The notes below the pieces were generated by a model, which saw nothing but the letters and a program-made list of their open reading frames with translations, did no database searches and was not told where the DNA came from. The position numbers and the translations under genes are program-made. A stretch of DNA of 63,984 bases, the filler included, from Candidatus Babelota bacterium (lineage in GTDB: Bacteria > JAGOBX01), in assembly GCA_017999075.1 (NCBI GenBank). It is 10 parts of 10 records of this genome, joined end to end, with 100 filler letters (N's around TTAATTAATTAA, not from the genome) between each part and the next. Parts side by side here need not be neighbours in the genome. Positions count along the whole stretch, not along the records: positions 1 to 6,668 come from JAGOBX010000198.1; positions 6,769 to 13,434 come from JAGOBX010000199.1; 8 more parts are not named here. The stretch is one strand, 5' to 3'. This document shows, piece by piece, positions 1 to 10,599 of this stretch. Each line of letters opens with the position of its first letter. The stretch's first letter is position 1.

Positions 1-91
1 CTTCAAACTCGTTTTTTTCTACTATTCGTTTAATTTCTTTTAAAAGGAGAGGTTCGTCGTCAACAATCAGAGTTTTAAATTGCGCGTTCAT
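1..91 (-). CDS. Response regulator receiver domain protein, N-terminal fragment (runs off window start)
   Basis: Manual translation from ATG at 91: MNAQFKTLIVDDEPLLLKEIKRIVEKNEFE. LIVDDEP is the classic receiver-domain acidic pocket. Not in the ORF track. Confidence 0.8.
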   Translation of the reverse strand, partial: MNAQFKTLIVDDEPLLLKEIKRIVEKNEFE

Positions 92-260
92 AAATTTTTT
101 TGTAAACTAATTATTTCAAATCACAATATCTGAAATTAAATATTCTTCTAATTATATTTTTTGTGTCGTCAAGAGTTTTTACTGTTGTTAATATATAACT
201 GAAATTTCAGACCATTTGTATTATGCTGAATACGATATTAAATTTTTAAAATAAATAGTA

Positions 261-1205
261 ATGAATATGTTAGAAAAAACAAAAGAATATGATTATTCAA
301 AAATTTTTAGTATTGTTTCCTGCTGGAATATTTCACTGGATAAAATTTTTCAAGATATGCAAATTGAAGGCAGCCCGGAACGTTCTGATTTCAGAACAGT
401 TATTTCGGATAAAGCAGGAAAATTATATGTGCTTGAAAAATTAAAACCAGATTCATTTAATAAAAGAAAATCCATAGCTGAATATTTGAAATATTTTTTT
501 GAATGCGGAGTCAGAGTTATCCCGTTTATTCAAAATAGTCAAGGAGATTTTATATCAAATTTTGAAGACGATTATTGGATGATTTCTGCATTTAAATACA
601 ATAAACTTTTAGATAGAAATAACTATTGGAAAGAAGGCTGGCGCGGAAAAAATACTGCTGAAGTATTATGCAATTTATATCGGGCATCTGATAAAATTAA
701 TATTGCTGAACCGCTTTTTTTGCTCGAAGATTATGTGTTTAATCTAAAGTCTGTTATTAAATATTATTTTCCTGAATTGCATAATGAACTCATACCGATA
801 TATGAACATTTGGAAAATGAATTTTGGGATGCATATAAAGTTTTTCCAAGAGGATTCTGCCACGGCGATCCGCATCCTTTGAATATACTTTGGTCAGATG
901 ACCAGATTATTGCGCTTATTGATTGGGAATTTTCAGGAATAAAACCGAGACTATATGATATTGCGCTTGTAATAGGATGCGTGGGTTCGGAATCTAAAAA
1001 ATCATTGAATGCTGAATTTTGTAATGCTTTCAAAAAGGAAATGAAGGAACAATCATTTATTGACAGAGTAGCGGAAAAATATTTGAAACAATTTATGACT
1101 GCAATTAGATTTGGCTGGTTGTCTGAATGGCTTAGACGCAATGATGAAGAAATGATACGTTTTGAGATTATGTATATGTCTCATATTTTGGAACTTGAAA
1201 ATTAA
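261..1205 (+). CDS. Aminoglycoside phosphotransferase / type II homoserine kinase-like phosphotransferase
   Basis: Brenner motif CHGDPHPLNILW and IDWEF (DFG-equivalent); 314 aa. Confidence 0.8.
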   Translation: MNMLEKTKEYDYSKIFSIVSCWNISLDKIFQDMQIEGSPERSDFRTVISDKAGKLYVLEKLKPDSFNKRKSIAEYLKYFFECGVRVIPFIQNSQGDFISNFEDDYWMISAFKYNKLLDRNNYWKEGWRGKNTAEVLCNLYRASDKINIAEPLFLLEDYVFNLKSVIKYYFPELHNELIPIYEHLENEFWDAYKVFPRGFCHGDPHPLNILWSDDQIIALIDWEFSGIKPRLYDIALVIGCVGSESKKSLNAEFCNAFKKEMKEQSFIDRVAEKYLKQFMTAIRFGWLSEWLRRNDEEMIRFEIMYMSHILELEN

Positions 1206-1284
1206 AAAATATTATTAATCGGGAAAAATATACATTTTGAAACAGTTCAGTAATGCCATTAATTCAGTTGCAATGTTACAGATT

Positions 1285-3054
1285 TTATTCTGCAATCGGG
1301 AAATTAATTATAATTTCTGTTCCTGCGCCTAATTTACTGCTGATACTTAATTCTCCCATATTTTTTTCGATAAATTCTTTGCACAGAATTAATCCTAAAC
1401 CTGTGCTGCCTTCATTTTCTGTGCCTGACTGATAACTCTTTTGATCGATTCTGAACAGATTTTCTTTAATAATTTCACTGATTCCTGTTCCCTGATCTTT
1501 TACAGATATCGTAACTTTTTTACCGGATTCTTTAATATCAATTTCAATTTTTCCGCCTCTGTATGAAAATTTTATTGCATTTGATATAAGATTTCTGAAA
1601 ATTGTATTCAGCATTTGTTCATCAGCAAAAATAAATATGCTTCCGGATATTTTATTTACAATTGATATTTCTTTTTTTATGGCAGTTTCGTTAAATAATT
1701 CAGTAGTAGTTTTTAATATTACTGATAAATCTGTTTTTTGCGGATTAAAAGGAATTTCCCCTTTTTGAATTCTGGACCACATCAATAAGTTTTCAAGCAG
1801 ACTATACAATTTAGTCGCGGATTTGTGAACTAAAGTCATATATTTTTTTGAGTTTTCACTTGATACAGATTCATTTGAATCAATTAATATTTCAATAAAT
1901 CCAAGCACAGAAGTGAACGGAGTTTTCAGATCATGAGCAATTATTGAAAAAAATTTGTCTTTCTGAGAATTTAATTCCATTAATTTTTTATTTGCGAGAG
2001 TAAGTTTTTGATTGGCATCAATTATTTTTTGACTGGCAAATTTTTGTTCCGTAATATCTGAAGTTATACTTATGATATGCGGAACATCTTGAACCATAAT
2101 TTTTTTTGCTGAGATAGAACTTGTAAAAATTTCTCCGTTTTTTTTTTGAAACTGAATTTCTAAATTTTCAAAGAATTCTTTTTCTTTAAGAATATTTATT
2201 ATTTTGGATCTGTCTTCATGATTTTTATAAATATTTAAGCTGAATATTGATTTGTTTAAAGATTCTTCCAAAGTAAAACCTGTTAAATCAGTAAATTTTT
2301 TGTTTGCTTTTACAATAACTCCATCTGAGAGACGGGTAATCAAAACTGCGTTAGGACTTGTAAAAAAAATATTTTCAACATCATTTTTTGCATCTCTCAT
2401 TTCAGAACTTAATCTCTGGTTCACCATTACGATTAAACCTAAAGTAACTGAAATTCCTTCTGTAAGCTGAACGAAATAGGTGATTATGAGCATATTTGAC
2501 GGATTAAAATAATTTTGGCTTTCTTTAAAGAATAATACTGAAAATGCCCGTATTATAAAAAAACAGCTGTGCGCAAGAAAAATGGAAGCATTGAATTTTG
2601 CTGATAAATTACATGAATTAAGCCTGCTTACCCAAATACATTTTGCTGTTATAAAAGAAAAAAAAGATAGAGTCAACCCTATTATTATTGTCCTTGGGGT
2701 AATATCATTTTTTATATATGTAAAATAAAATAATAAAGTAGTAAAAATAATGAAAATTGTTGCAATAACAGGTATGTTTTCTTTTTTTTCAAAAAATCTG
2801 CAGCAACCTATATAAATCATAATAGCTGCGCCAATAAATAAAATATTGGCGGACATAATCATCAATAATTGTATTGCAGCTATTTTGCGTAACAGCGAAA
2901 AAATAAATCCGGCAGCAACAAATATAAAACCTGTCAACCACCAGCCGACGCCTGCATAACTTTTAGTTGCTTTATATTGAAGAATAAAAGCAGCTACCTG
3001 TAAAAAATTAATAATACCTAAAATAAATAGAAGTGTAGCTAAATCAATTTTCAT
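1285..3054 (-). CDS. Membrane-bound PAS-domain sensor histidine kinase
   Basis: About 7 TM helices at the N-terminus, PAS domain (SPNAVLITRLSDGVIVKANKKF), H-box IIAHDLKTPF, N-box NLISNAIKFS, G boxes DQGTGI/GSTGLGL. Start moved to MKIDLATLL (3054); track start is 3198. Confidence 0.9.
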   Translation of the reverse strand: MKIDLATLLFILGIINFLQVAAFILQYKATKSYAGVGWWLTGFIFVAAGFIFSLLRKIAAIQLLMIMSANILFIGAAIMIYIGCCRFFEKKENIPVIATIFIIFTTLLFYFTYIKNDITPRTIIIGLTLSFFSFITAKCIWVSRLNSCNLSAKFNASIFLAHSCFFIIRAFSVLFFKESQNYFNPSNMLIITYFVQLTEGISVTLGLIVMVNQRLSSEMRDAKNDVENIFFTSPNAVLITRLSDGVIVKANKKFTDLTGFTLEESLNKSIFSLNIYKNHEDRSKIINILKEKEFFENLEIQFQKKNGEIFTSSISAKKIMVQDVPHIISITSDITEQKFASQKIIDANQKLTLANKKLMELNSQKDKFFSIIAHDLKTPFTSVLGFIEILIDSNESVSSENSKKYMTLVHKSATKLYSLLENLLMWSRIQKGEIPFNPQKTDLSVILKTTTELFNETAIKKEISIVNKISGSIFIFADEQMLNTIFRNLISNAIKFSYRGGKIEIDIKESGKKVTISVKDQGTGISEIIKENLFRIDQKSYQSGTENEGSTGLGLILCKEFIEKNMGELSISSKLGAGTEIIINFPIAE

Positions 3055-3442
3055 ACGAGACTTTTTTTCATACGAGACTTCTGTAATATTTTCTAAAAAT
3101 TTAAACCAAGTTTTATATTTTTGATATTTACATGCAAACTTGGCATAATTGCTGAATAACTGGTTTTTTATATTATCTATCTTGTTAAAATATGTCAATA
3201 TATATTTTTTTGCAGATACGCATGCGCGCTTAAATATTAAAAAAATAAAGTTTAAAAAAACTTGACTTAATCGGTATTTATAATTAATATTAAAAACTAT
3301 TATTTTTGTATTTAATTTTATCTGGATGAATGCTAAATCAGGGCATTTATTATAAATAACGGTTGTTTTAAAAAATATAACGGAAAATTGAAAATAATTA
3401 CAATTATGTACAATAATCTATAAAATTAATGGAGGTTGGTAT

Positions 3443-4318
3443 ATGTTTGAAGGAGTAACGACTGCAATTATTACGCCTTTTAAAAATGGAAAAATCGACG
3501 AGAACGCATTTGAAAAATTGATAGATATTCAAATCGAGAATAAGGTTGATGGCATAGTTCCGTGCGGCACTACAGGAGAATCCGCAACATTGTCTCTTGA
3601 AGAACACGAGTATGTTATAGAATTGGCTATAAAACGTGGTAAAAATAAAATTAAGATAATTGCAGGTACCGGTTCTAACTCTACCAATGATGCAATAAGA
3701 CTTACAATGCACGCTAAAAGTTCAGGTGCTGATGGCGCTCTTATAATAACTCCGTATTACAACAAACCAACTCAGGACGGATTATACAGGCATTTTAAAA
3801 CTATTGCTGAAAATGTCGATATTCCTATCATATTATATAATGTGCCTGGAAGAACAGGAGTTAATATGCTTCCTGAAACAGTAGCAAGATTATCTGAAAT
3901 AAATAATATAGTCGGAATAAAAGAAGCTTCCGGAGATGTGTCTCAAATTTCTGAAATTATAAGATTATGCGGCGATAAAATAAACGTGATTTCAGGAGAC
4001 GATGCTTTGTTTTTTCCTATACTTGCTCTTGGCGGCAAAGGCGTTATTTCAGTGATTGCTAATTTAATACCAGCTCAAATAGTTGAATTATACAGATCAT
4101 ATGTAAATAATGAAATTGAAAAGTCAAGAAATATTCATTTTCAATATTCTCAGCTGATGAAAATAATGTTCATAGAATCTAATCCGATACCTGTTAAAAC
4201 AGCGGCGTCGCTGATGGGATTATGTGATTTTGAAATAAGGCTGCCTTTATGCAATATGAAAAAAGAAAATTATAATAGTTTAGTCCATGTTTTAAAAGAT
4301 TATAAATTAATAAAATAA
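3443..4318 (+). CDS. dapA: 4-hydroxy-tetrahydrodipicolinate synthase
   Basis: GTTGES, PYYNKPTQ, LYNVPGRTG and GIKEASGD motifs; GGAGG RBS upstream. Confidence 0.97.
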   Translation: MFEGVTTAIITPFKNGKIDENAFEKLIDIQIENKVDGIVPCGTTGESATLSLEEHEYVIELAIKRGKNKIKIIAGTGSNSTNDAIRLTMHAKSSGADGALIITPYYNKPTQDGLYRHFKTIAENVDIPIILYNVPGRTGVNMLPETVARLSEINNIVGIKEASGDVSQISEIIRLCGDKINVISGDDALFFPILALGGKGVISVIANLIPAQIVELYRSYVNNEIEKSRNIHFQYSQLMKIMFIESNPIPVKTAASLMGLCDFEIRLPLCNMKKENYNSLVHVLKDYKLIK

Positions 4319-4344
4319 AAAATTATTTGAAATGGTGTAAAAAA

Positions 4345-6668
4345 ATGTTAAAAGAAAAATTATTAAAAAATGCGGTATTGACTTTGCTCGCTGTAGTATT
4401 TTTTATAGTAACTGTTTTATTTACCACTAAAACCCAGAATATAGTACTTAATAAACCTGTTGCAGTAGTTGTTGTCGGAATGGCTATTTTGTTTCTATGG
4501 ATTATTCATTCTGTTGAACGCGGTTCTTTTGAATTGCCGTCATCTCCAGTCACTTTTCCTTTAGTGATGATGATACTAATAGGATGTGTAATTCATACCG
4601 CAATATCGCCTTTTAAATATTATGCGCTTGAAGAATCAGGCCGGTTTTTAGGGTATTTTATAGCCATACTGGCAATTATTAAATATATGACTGACATGAA
4701 AACCGTAATGAAATTTTTAAATTTCATTGTGCTGATAACATGTTTCACTTCAGTCTATGGAATAATGCAGATATACGGTATAGACCCTTTTGTTGAATGG
4801 GGAATGCCGACTATTCCTTATGTTTCGACATTCGGAAATCAGAACTTTTTTGCAGGGTATCTTGTAACTGTAATACCTATATGCATAGCAATTATATTCA
4901 CTTCAGGAAATTATACATTTAAATCTGTTTCTTTTTTGACATATGTTCTTGCGAGTTTTAATATAATATATTCAGGAAACCGCAGCGCTATAATAGGCTG
5001 GGCATTTGAAAATATGCTGTTTATAATTTTCAGTATCAGATTTGGCTTCTTAAGTTTTTGTTTGAAAAATAAAAAAGTTTTTTTTATAACAATAATTTCT
5101 TCACTTATTTTATTTATTTTGACTTTTTATGTGTCAATGAAACTGAGCCCTTATTTTGATTTACGCATGAAAACTATTTTTCAGACAAAATTCGGAACCA
5201 ATAAAGTCCGCGTTATAATGTGGACCGGAGCAGCGCGTATGTTCAGAGAAAAACCTATTATGGGTCAGGGAATGGGAACTTTTCAATTGACATTCGGACC
5301 AAAACGGCCTTCAAATTATAACAGGTCAGGAGTCAGCCATAATACTATGCATTCGCATAATGAATATATGGAATGGTTTTCGGAGATGGGGTTAGTAGGC
5401 ATAACTTTATTCTGGTGGATAATGGCGAGTTACTTTATTTTTACAATTCATATGCTTATAAAAGTGAAAAATAAAATTTTCAGGAATCTTCAGATAGGGT
5501 TGATGTGTTCTGTGTTGGGATTTCTTGTGGAAAATATAATGAGTGTTAACTACAGGTGGACTGCTCCTGCGTTAAATGCGTGGTTTGTTATGGGTCTTTC
5601 TGTAGCTTTATGCTACGCGGTTAAAAATGAAGTTCCGGCGTTACAACCAAGTTCTTCTAAAAAAACACAGTGGAACACTAATCCTGTAAAATATATTTTG
5701 TATGCAGGTTTGGTTATAATGTTTGTATATATGCTTTCGTTTTGTTTTAAAATGATAAAATCTGATTTTTATTTGAAAATGGGTATGGTGAGAGTTGACA
5801 GCGGAACTCCTAATGAACAAATGCTGAACGAAGCTGAATATTTTTTAAAAAAATCAATTGAGCTGTATCCGTTTGATTTGTCAAGTTATTATAAACTCGG
5901 ATTTGTTTATTTGCAGAAAGGTTCAAATTTGATAAATAAAAATCAGATGCAGGAAGGCAGAACTTTTCTGCTGAAAGCTCTGGATATGTATAATGAAATA
6001 ATTAAACTTGCTCCGAACTACGCACAAATTCATAATAATTTGGGAATGCTTCATAATCAACTGAGAAATGAGTTTGAAGCTGTCCGTCAATTTGAATGGG
6101 CGACAATTCTTGAAAATAATGAAAAAAACCACGAAAATTTGATACGATTTTATATTAACAGGTTTAATAATCCCGGAAATGCGTTTTATCACGCTTATAT
6201 GCTTAAAGAAATTGCGCGTGAAGAAAAAGACAGAAAAATAGGAATGTATTTATACAATTATCCGCATATTTCTAAAATATATTCTATTGAAAAAATTAAT
6301 GAAGATACAAAAAGATTTTATTCGGAATTTTCGCAGTATCAGGATTTATACACTGAAACTTTGAGAAATATCTCATCTATACGATCTATGAGGAACGATA
6401 ATAAATCAGCGGTAAACTGGATTTCTCTTGCCATTGATTTAAATGACAGCAATACGATTTACAAAGCTGTTATGATGGAATATATGATGAAATCAAATAA
6501 TATAGGTAATATAAAGAAATATTTTTATTTTTTGGATAAAAAATATTCTGATATTAAGTTTAAAGGAGAATTGTTTAAAAATATTCTTCCGCTGTTTAAT
6601 CAATATGCTCAAAATGGAACTAATAAACCTGATGACAGAGCTGAAGTTTATTTGTTGATGGCTAAAGC
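4345..6668 (+). CDS. O-antigen ligase (Wzy_C)-family membrane protein with C-terminal TPRs, truncated at contig end
   Basis: Many TM helices; STFGNQNFFAGYL, RVIMW..A..MFREKPIMGQGMGTF and HSHNEYMEWFSEMGLVG motifs; TPR-like repeats (YYKLGFVY, HNNLGMLH). Confidence 0.85.
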
Positions 6669-6768
6669 NNNNNNNNNNNNNNNNNNNNNNNNNNNNNNNN
6701 NNNNNNNNNNNNTTAATTAATTAANNNNNNNNNNNNNNNNNNNNNNNNNNNNNNNNNNNNNNNNNNNN
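6669..6768. other. Artificial contig-joining spacer (N44-TTAATTAATTAA-N44)
   Basis: Identical 100-nt linker with stops in all six frames. Also at 13435-13534, 20131-20230, 26751-26850, 33348-33447, 39940-40039, 46513-46612, 53085-53184 and 59653-59752. Confidence 0.99.
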
Positions 6769-6993
6769 AAAAATTTTTTTAAATCTATTATGGTATAAGT
6801 ATATTTTCAAATACAAATATGTCAATAGTAATTTTATAAAAATAATGAACAAAATTATAGAAAAAAATATATTGTATTATTTATATTTTTTTAGTAAAAT
6901 ATTAAATTTAATATCTGTTGTAAAGTTTTAATGCTTTGTAAAATTTGTCAAGCTTGAAATTATTGTTTTTGAATGTATAAACAGGAGATTCAG

Positions 6994-8568
6994 ATGAAAA
7001 AAATTTTAATATTTGATACTACTTTAAGAGACGGAAGTCAGGGAGAATACGTTTCATTTACTAAAGAAGATAAACTAAAAATATGTGAAATGCTTGACGA
7101 TTTAGGATTACATTATATTGAAGGCGGCTGGCCTGGAAGCAACCCGAAGGATATGGAATTTTTTCAGGAAGCTCGTAAAATAGAATTTAAAAATTCGAAG
7201 CTTACAGCATTCGGAAGTACAGCTCATCCGAAAAATAAAAATGTAAAAGAAGATAAAAACTTGCAGGAATTAATACGGAGTAAAGCTCCTGTTATAACAA
7301 TATTCGGAAAGTCATGGGATTTTCACGTTACTCAGGCGTTAAAAATAGGGTTAAATGAGAATTTGCGTTTAATCGAGGATTCGGTATTTTTTTTAAAAGA
7401 TAACAAGCGGGAAGTTATATTTGATGCTGAACATTTTTTTGACGGATATTGTGCTAATCCGGAATATGCTTTGAAAGCTCTTGAAGCTGCGCAGAAAGGC
7501 GGGGCAGATTACATAACTTTATGTGAAACGAATGGAGGAATGCTTTCTCATAAAATTTTTGAAATAGTATCTATCGTTTGCAAATTTATGAGGGTTCCGA
7601 TAGGGATACATTGCCATAATGATTCAGGATGCGGAGTAGCAAACAGTCTGGAAGCAATAAGAGCTGGAGCTGTTCTTGTACAGGGAACAATTAATGGACT
7701 TGGAGAACGTTGCGGAAATGCAAATTTATGTTCAATAATTCCGAATCTAAAATTCAAAATGAATTACAACTGCATATCGTCCGTTAATATAAAAAAAATA
7801 ACCAATGTGGCCCGTACAATAAGCGAGCTTGCAAATTTATCGCATGATGAACGTCAGCCTTACGTAGGAAACAGCGCGTTTGCTCATAAAGGAGGAATTC
7901 ATGTCAGCGCAATAGAAAAAAACAGTAAAACTTATGAACATATAGAACCTGAACTTGTTGGAAATCATAGAAGAGTCCTGATATCGGAACTTTCAGGGAA
8001 AAGCAATATTTTATATAAAGCTAAGAATTGGAAATATGAAATAGAAAAAGAAGGGAAAGATTTAAAACCAATACTTGAACAGATAAAAGAACTTGAAAAT
8101 TCAGGATTTCAATTTGAATCTGCAGAGGCATCATTTGAAATTCTTATGCTCAAAGGACTTGGAAAATTTGAACAATTATTTAAAGTTATAGGGTTCAGAG
8201 TTATAAACGAACGACTGGGCGATGGTCCTACAAGATGCGAAGCAACGATAAAAGTGGAAGTTAACGGTAAAGTAGAACATACTGCTTCTGATGGAAACGG
8301 TCCTGTAAATGCTCTTGATAATGCTTTAAGAAAAGCTTTAATGAAATTTTATCCGCAAATATTAAATATAGAACTTACAGATTATAAAGTTCGAGTTCTG
8401 GAAGGAATTGCCGGAACCAGCGCTATAGTAAGAGTTCTTATAGAATCAAGCGATGATAAAAATAAATGGGGAACAGTGGGAGTATCTGAAAATATTGTAA
8501 AAGCAAGTTTGGATGCTTTAATAGACAGTATAAGTTTTTATCTGATGAAATATGCCGATTTAAAATAA
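6994..8568 (+). CDS. cimA: Citramalate synthase (DRE-TIM family)
   Basis: [52 protein letters not shown], and C-terminal regulatory domain [17 protein letters not shown] before ATG 6994. Confidence 0.93.
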   Translation: MKKILIFDTTLRDGSQGEYVSFTKEDKLKICEMLDDLGLHYIEGGWPGSNPKDMEFFQEARKIEFKNSKLTAFGSTAHPKNKNVKEDKNLQELIRSKAPVITIFGKSWDFHVTQALKIGLNENLRLIEDSVFFLKDNKREVIFDAEHFFDGYCANPEYALKALEAAQKGGADYITLCETNGGMLSHKIFEIVSIVCKFMRVPIGIHCHNDSGCGVANSLEAIRAGAVLVQGTINGLGERCGNANLCSIIPNLKFKMNYNCISSVNIKKITNVARTISELANLSHDERQPYVGNSAFAHKGGIHVSAIEKNSKTYEHIEPELVGNHRRVLISELSGKSNILYKAKNWKYEIEKEGKDLKPILEQIKELENSGFQFESAEASFEILMLKGLGKFEQLFKVIGFRVINERLGDGPTRCEATIKVEVNGKVEHTASDGNGPVNALDNALRKALMKFYPQILNIELTDYKVRVLEGIAGTSAIVRVLIESSDDKNKWGTVGVSENIVKASLDALIDSISFYLMKYADLK

Positions 8569-8599
8569 TTAAAATTGCTGATTTATTTTATATTGAATT

Positions 8600-10597
8600 A
8601 TGAATTATTTTATGCGTAAAAAAAAAATAATTGTATTTTTCGAAGTTTGTATTTTATTGATTTTTATTTCTTCGGTTTATGGAAACGAAGATACGTTTTA
8701 TTATAAAATCAAAAAACACGATATACTGAAGATAAACATTTATCCCGATGAAAAACAGAGTGTACAAAGGGAAGTCAGCGATATAGGTTCTATATCAATA
8801 CCTTTGATAGGGAATATAAAAGTAGAAAATTTATCCATAGAAGAAGTTCAAAATATAATCAAAAAAAAACTTGAATATTATTATTATAATCCGGATGTTA
8901 TAATTGAACTTATATCGCTTGACAAGCATATTATAACTGTGGCCGGATATAGGCCGGCTAATATTGACGGTTCAGACAATATGCGTAATTTCTATATTGA
9001 ACTCATACCTGGAGATAAGCTGTCGGATCTGCTGATAAAAATAGGCTGGGAATGGAATACTGATTTGAAATATGGTAGAATAATAGTTATACGGAATCAG
9101 AAAAAAAATTATACTATAGATTTACTTGATTCAAAAACCGATGCCTTGAATTACGAATTTGTATTGGAAAATAAGGATGTTGTTTTTTTTGAAAAAAATT
9201 CTTCAGGAACCGTAAAAATAATAGGATTTGTAAACCAGCCAAAAACAGTTTATATTCCGTATCATTCTGGATTAACGGTTTTGCAGGCGGCTCTTGAATG
9301 CGGCGGATTCAAAACTGAAGCTGATTTGAATTCGGTAAAAATTACAAGGTTTAATTATGAAAACGGAACAGAAACTATTATATTGAATTTATATGATGAA
9401 CAAAATGATACGAATCTTCTTGCAAATGATGTTGTTGAAATTCCAGAATTAAAAAATTCATTTAAAAAAACCGTTACTTTCATAGGAATAACAAACAGCG
9501 GAATAATTGAACTTGATAATTGGAAAGAAAATTCGCGTTTATCTGATGTAATAGGAAAAGCGAAGTTTAACATGGATTCAAAATTGAATTATATTTTCGG
9601 GATAAACAGCAAATTTCACCCGCCTGTTGAAGCTGATTTTCAGAAGTTTTCTTCCGAAGGAGATATTACACATAATCCGTTAATATATCCGGGAGACGTG
9701 ATAACTGCGAAAACTGCTGAAAAATTTATGCCTGAAGATAAAGGTGTAGTCAGTGTATTAGGTAATTTTGTAAATCAAGGAAGGTATCCGGTAAACGAAT
9801 TTTCACGGTTAGCGGATGTACTGATAAAAGCAGGGTGGCAGCATAAAGAAGCTGAACCTGTATCAGTGCTGATAATCAGCTCAAATTCAGTTCTTGCTGA
9901 ATATGATATAAATAAATTTTTATATTACGGTGATGCCAATCATAATCCTGTTGTAAATCACGGAGATTATGTTTATGTAAGAAAAATTCAGAAAAATAAA
10001 GTATTTATTGTTGGGCAGGTCATAAACCCGGGATATTTTGAATTAGAAACCGATGAAAGTAAAAATACTCTGGCAAGATATATTTATAAATCAGGCGGTC
10101 CGCGTGAAACAGCGGCTATGAACAGAATTAAAGTAGTCAGAGATAATATGAACATAGATGTTGATTTAAATGAATTTTTTTATGCTCAAAATTTAGAATC
10201 GGATTTCAAACTTAAAGACAAAGATATAGTTTATATTCCATCCATTCAAAAATTTTCATTTTATGTATTTGGTATGGTGAACAGAGTAGGCAGGTATGAT
10301 TCGGATAAACCTGTAACAGTGCTTGAAGCATTGACTATTGCGGGAGGATATAAATATACAGGAAAAGTTCGCGGCGCGAAAATTTTACGGGGAGCCAGAG
10401 ATAATCCTCAAATAATAGATGTTGATTTATTAAGTTCGTTGAATGATTTCGGTTATGGAACAAATTTGTTTCTGCAGGAAGGAGATATTTTATATGTTCC
10501 AAAATCTCCTGTAACCAATTTAAAGGATTTTCTTGACAATATCGTTCCGAGTTTAAGAAATGCAGTAGATTTCGGAAAATCGATTAAAGATTATTAA
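8600..10597 (+). CDS. wza: Polysaccharide export protein (Wza-like, Poly_export plus multiple SLBB domains)
   Basis: Signal peptide; GSISIPLIGNIKVENLS Poly_export motif; repeated SLBB units (V.I.G.V..PG ... GD.V.VP). Confidence 0.85.
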   Translation: MNYFMRKKKIIVFFEVCILLIFISSVYGNEDTFYYKIKKHDILKINIYPDEKQSVQREVSDIGSISIPLIGNIKVENLSIEEVQNIIKKKLEYYYYNPDVIIELISLDKHIITVAGYRPANIDGSDNMRNFYIELIPGDKLSDLLIKIGWEWNTDLKYGRIIVIRNQKKNYTIDLLDSKTDALNYEFVLENKDVVFFEKNSSGTVKIIGFVNQPKTVYIPYHSGLTVLQAALECGGFKTEADLNSVKITRFNYENGTETIILNLYDEQNDTNLLANDVVEIPELKNSFKKTVTFIGITNSGIIELDNWKENSRLSDVIGKAKFNMDSKLNYIFGINSKFHPPVEADFQKFSSEGDITHNPLIYPGDVITAKTAEKFMPEDKGVVSVLGNFVNQGRYPVNEFSRLADVLIKAGWQHKEAEPVSVLIISSNSVLAEYDINKFLYYGDANHNPVVNHGDYVYVRKIQKNKVFIVGQVINPGYFELETDESKNTLARYIYKSGGPRETAAMNRIKVVRDNMNIDVDLNEFFYAQNLESDFKLKDKDIVYIPSIQKFSFYVFGMVNRVGRYDSDKPVTVLEALTIAGGYKYTGKVRGAKILRGARDNPQIIDVDLLSSLNDFGYGTNLFLQEGDILYVPKSPVTNLKDFLDNIVPSLRNAVDFGKSIKDY

Positions 10598-10599
10598 TT

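Noticed and set aside
3199-3442. Lysine riboswitch upstream of dapA
   Set aside because: The region is extremely AT-rich and lacks the conserved L-box stems and motifs.
6713-6724. Recurrent TTAATTAATTAA palindrome every ~6.5 kb
   Set aside because: Always embedded in N runs; an artificial six-frame-stop contig linker, not a biological repeat.
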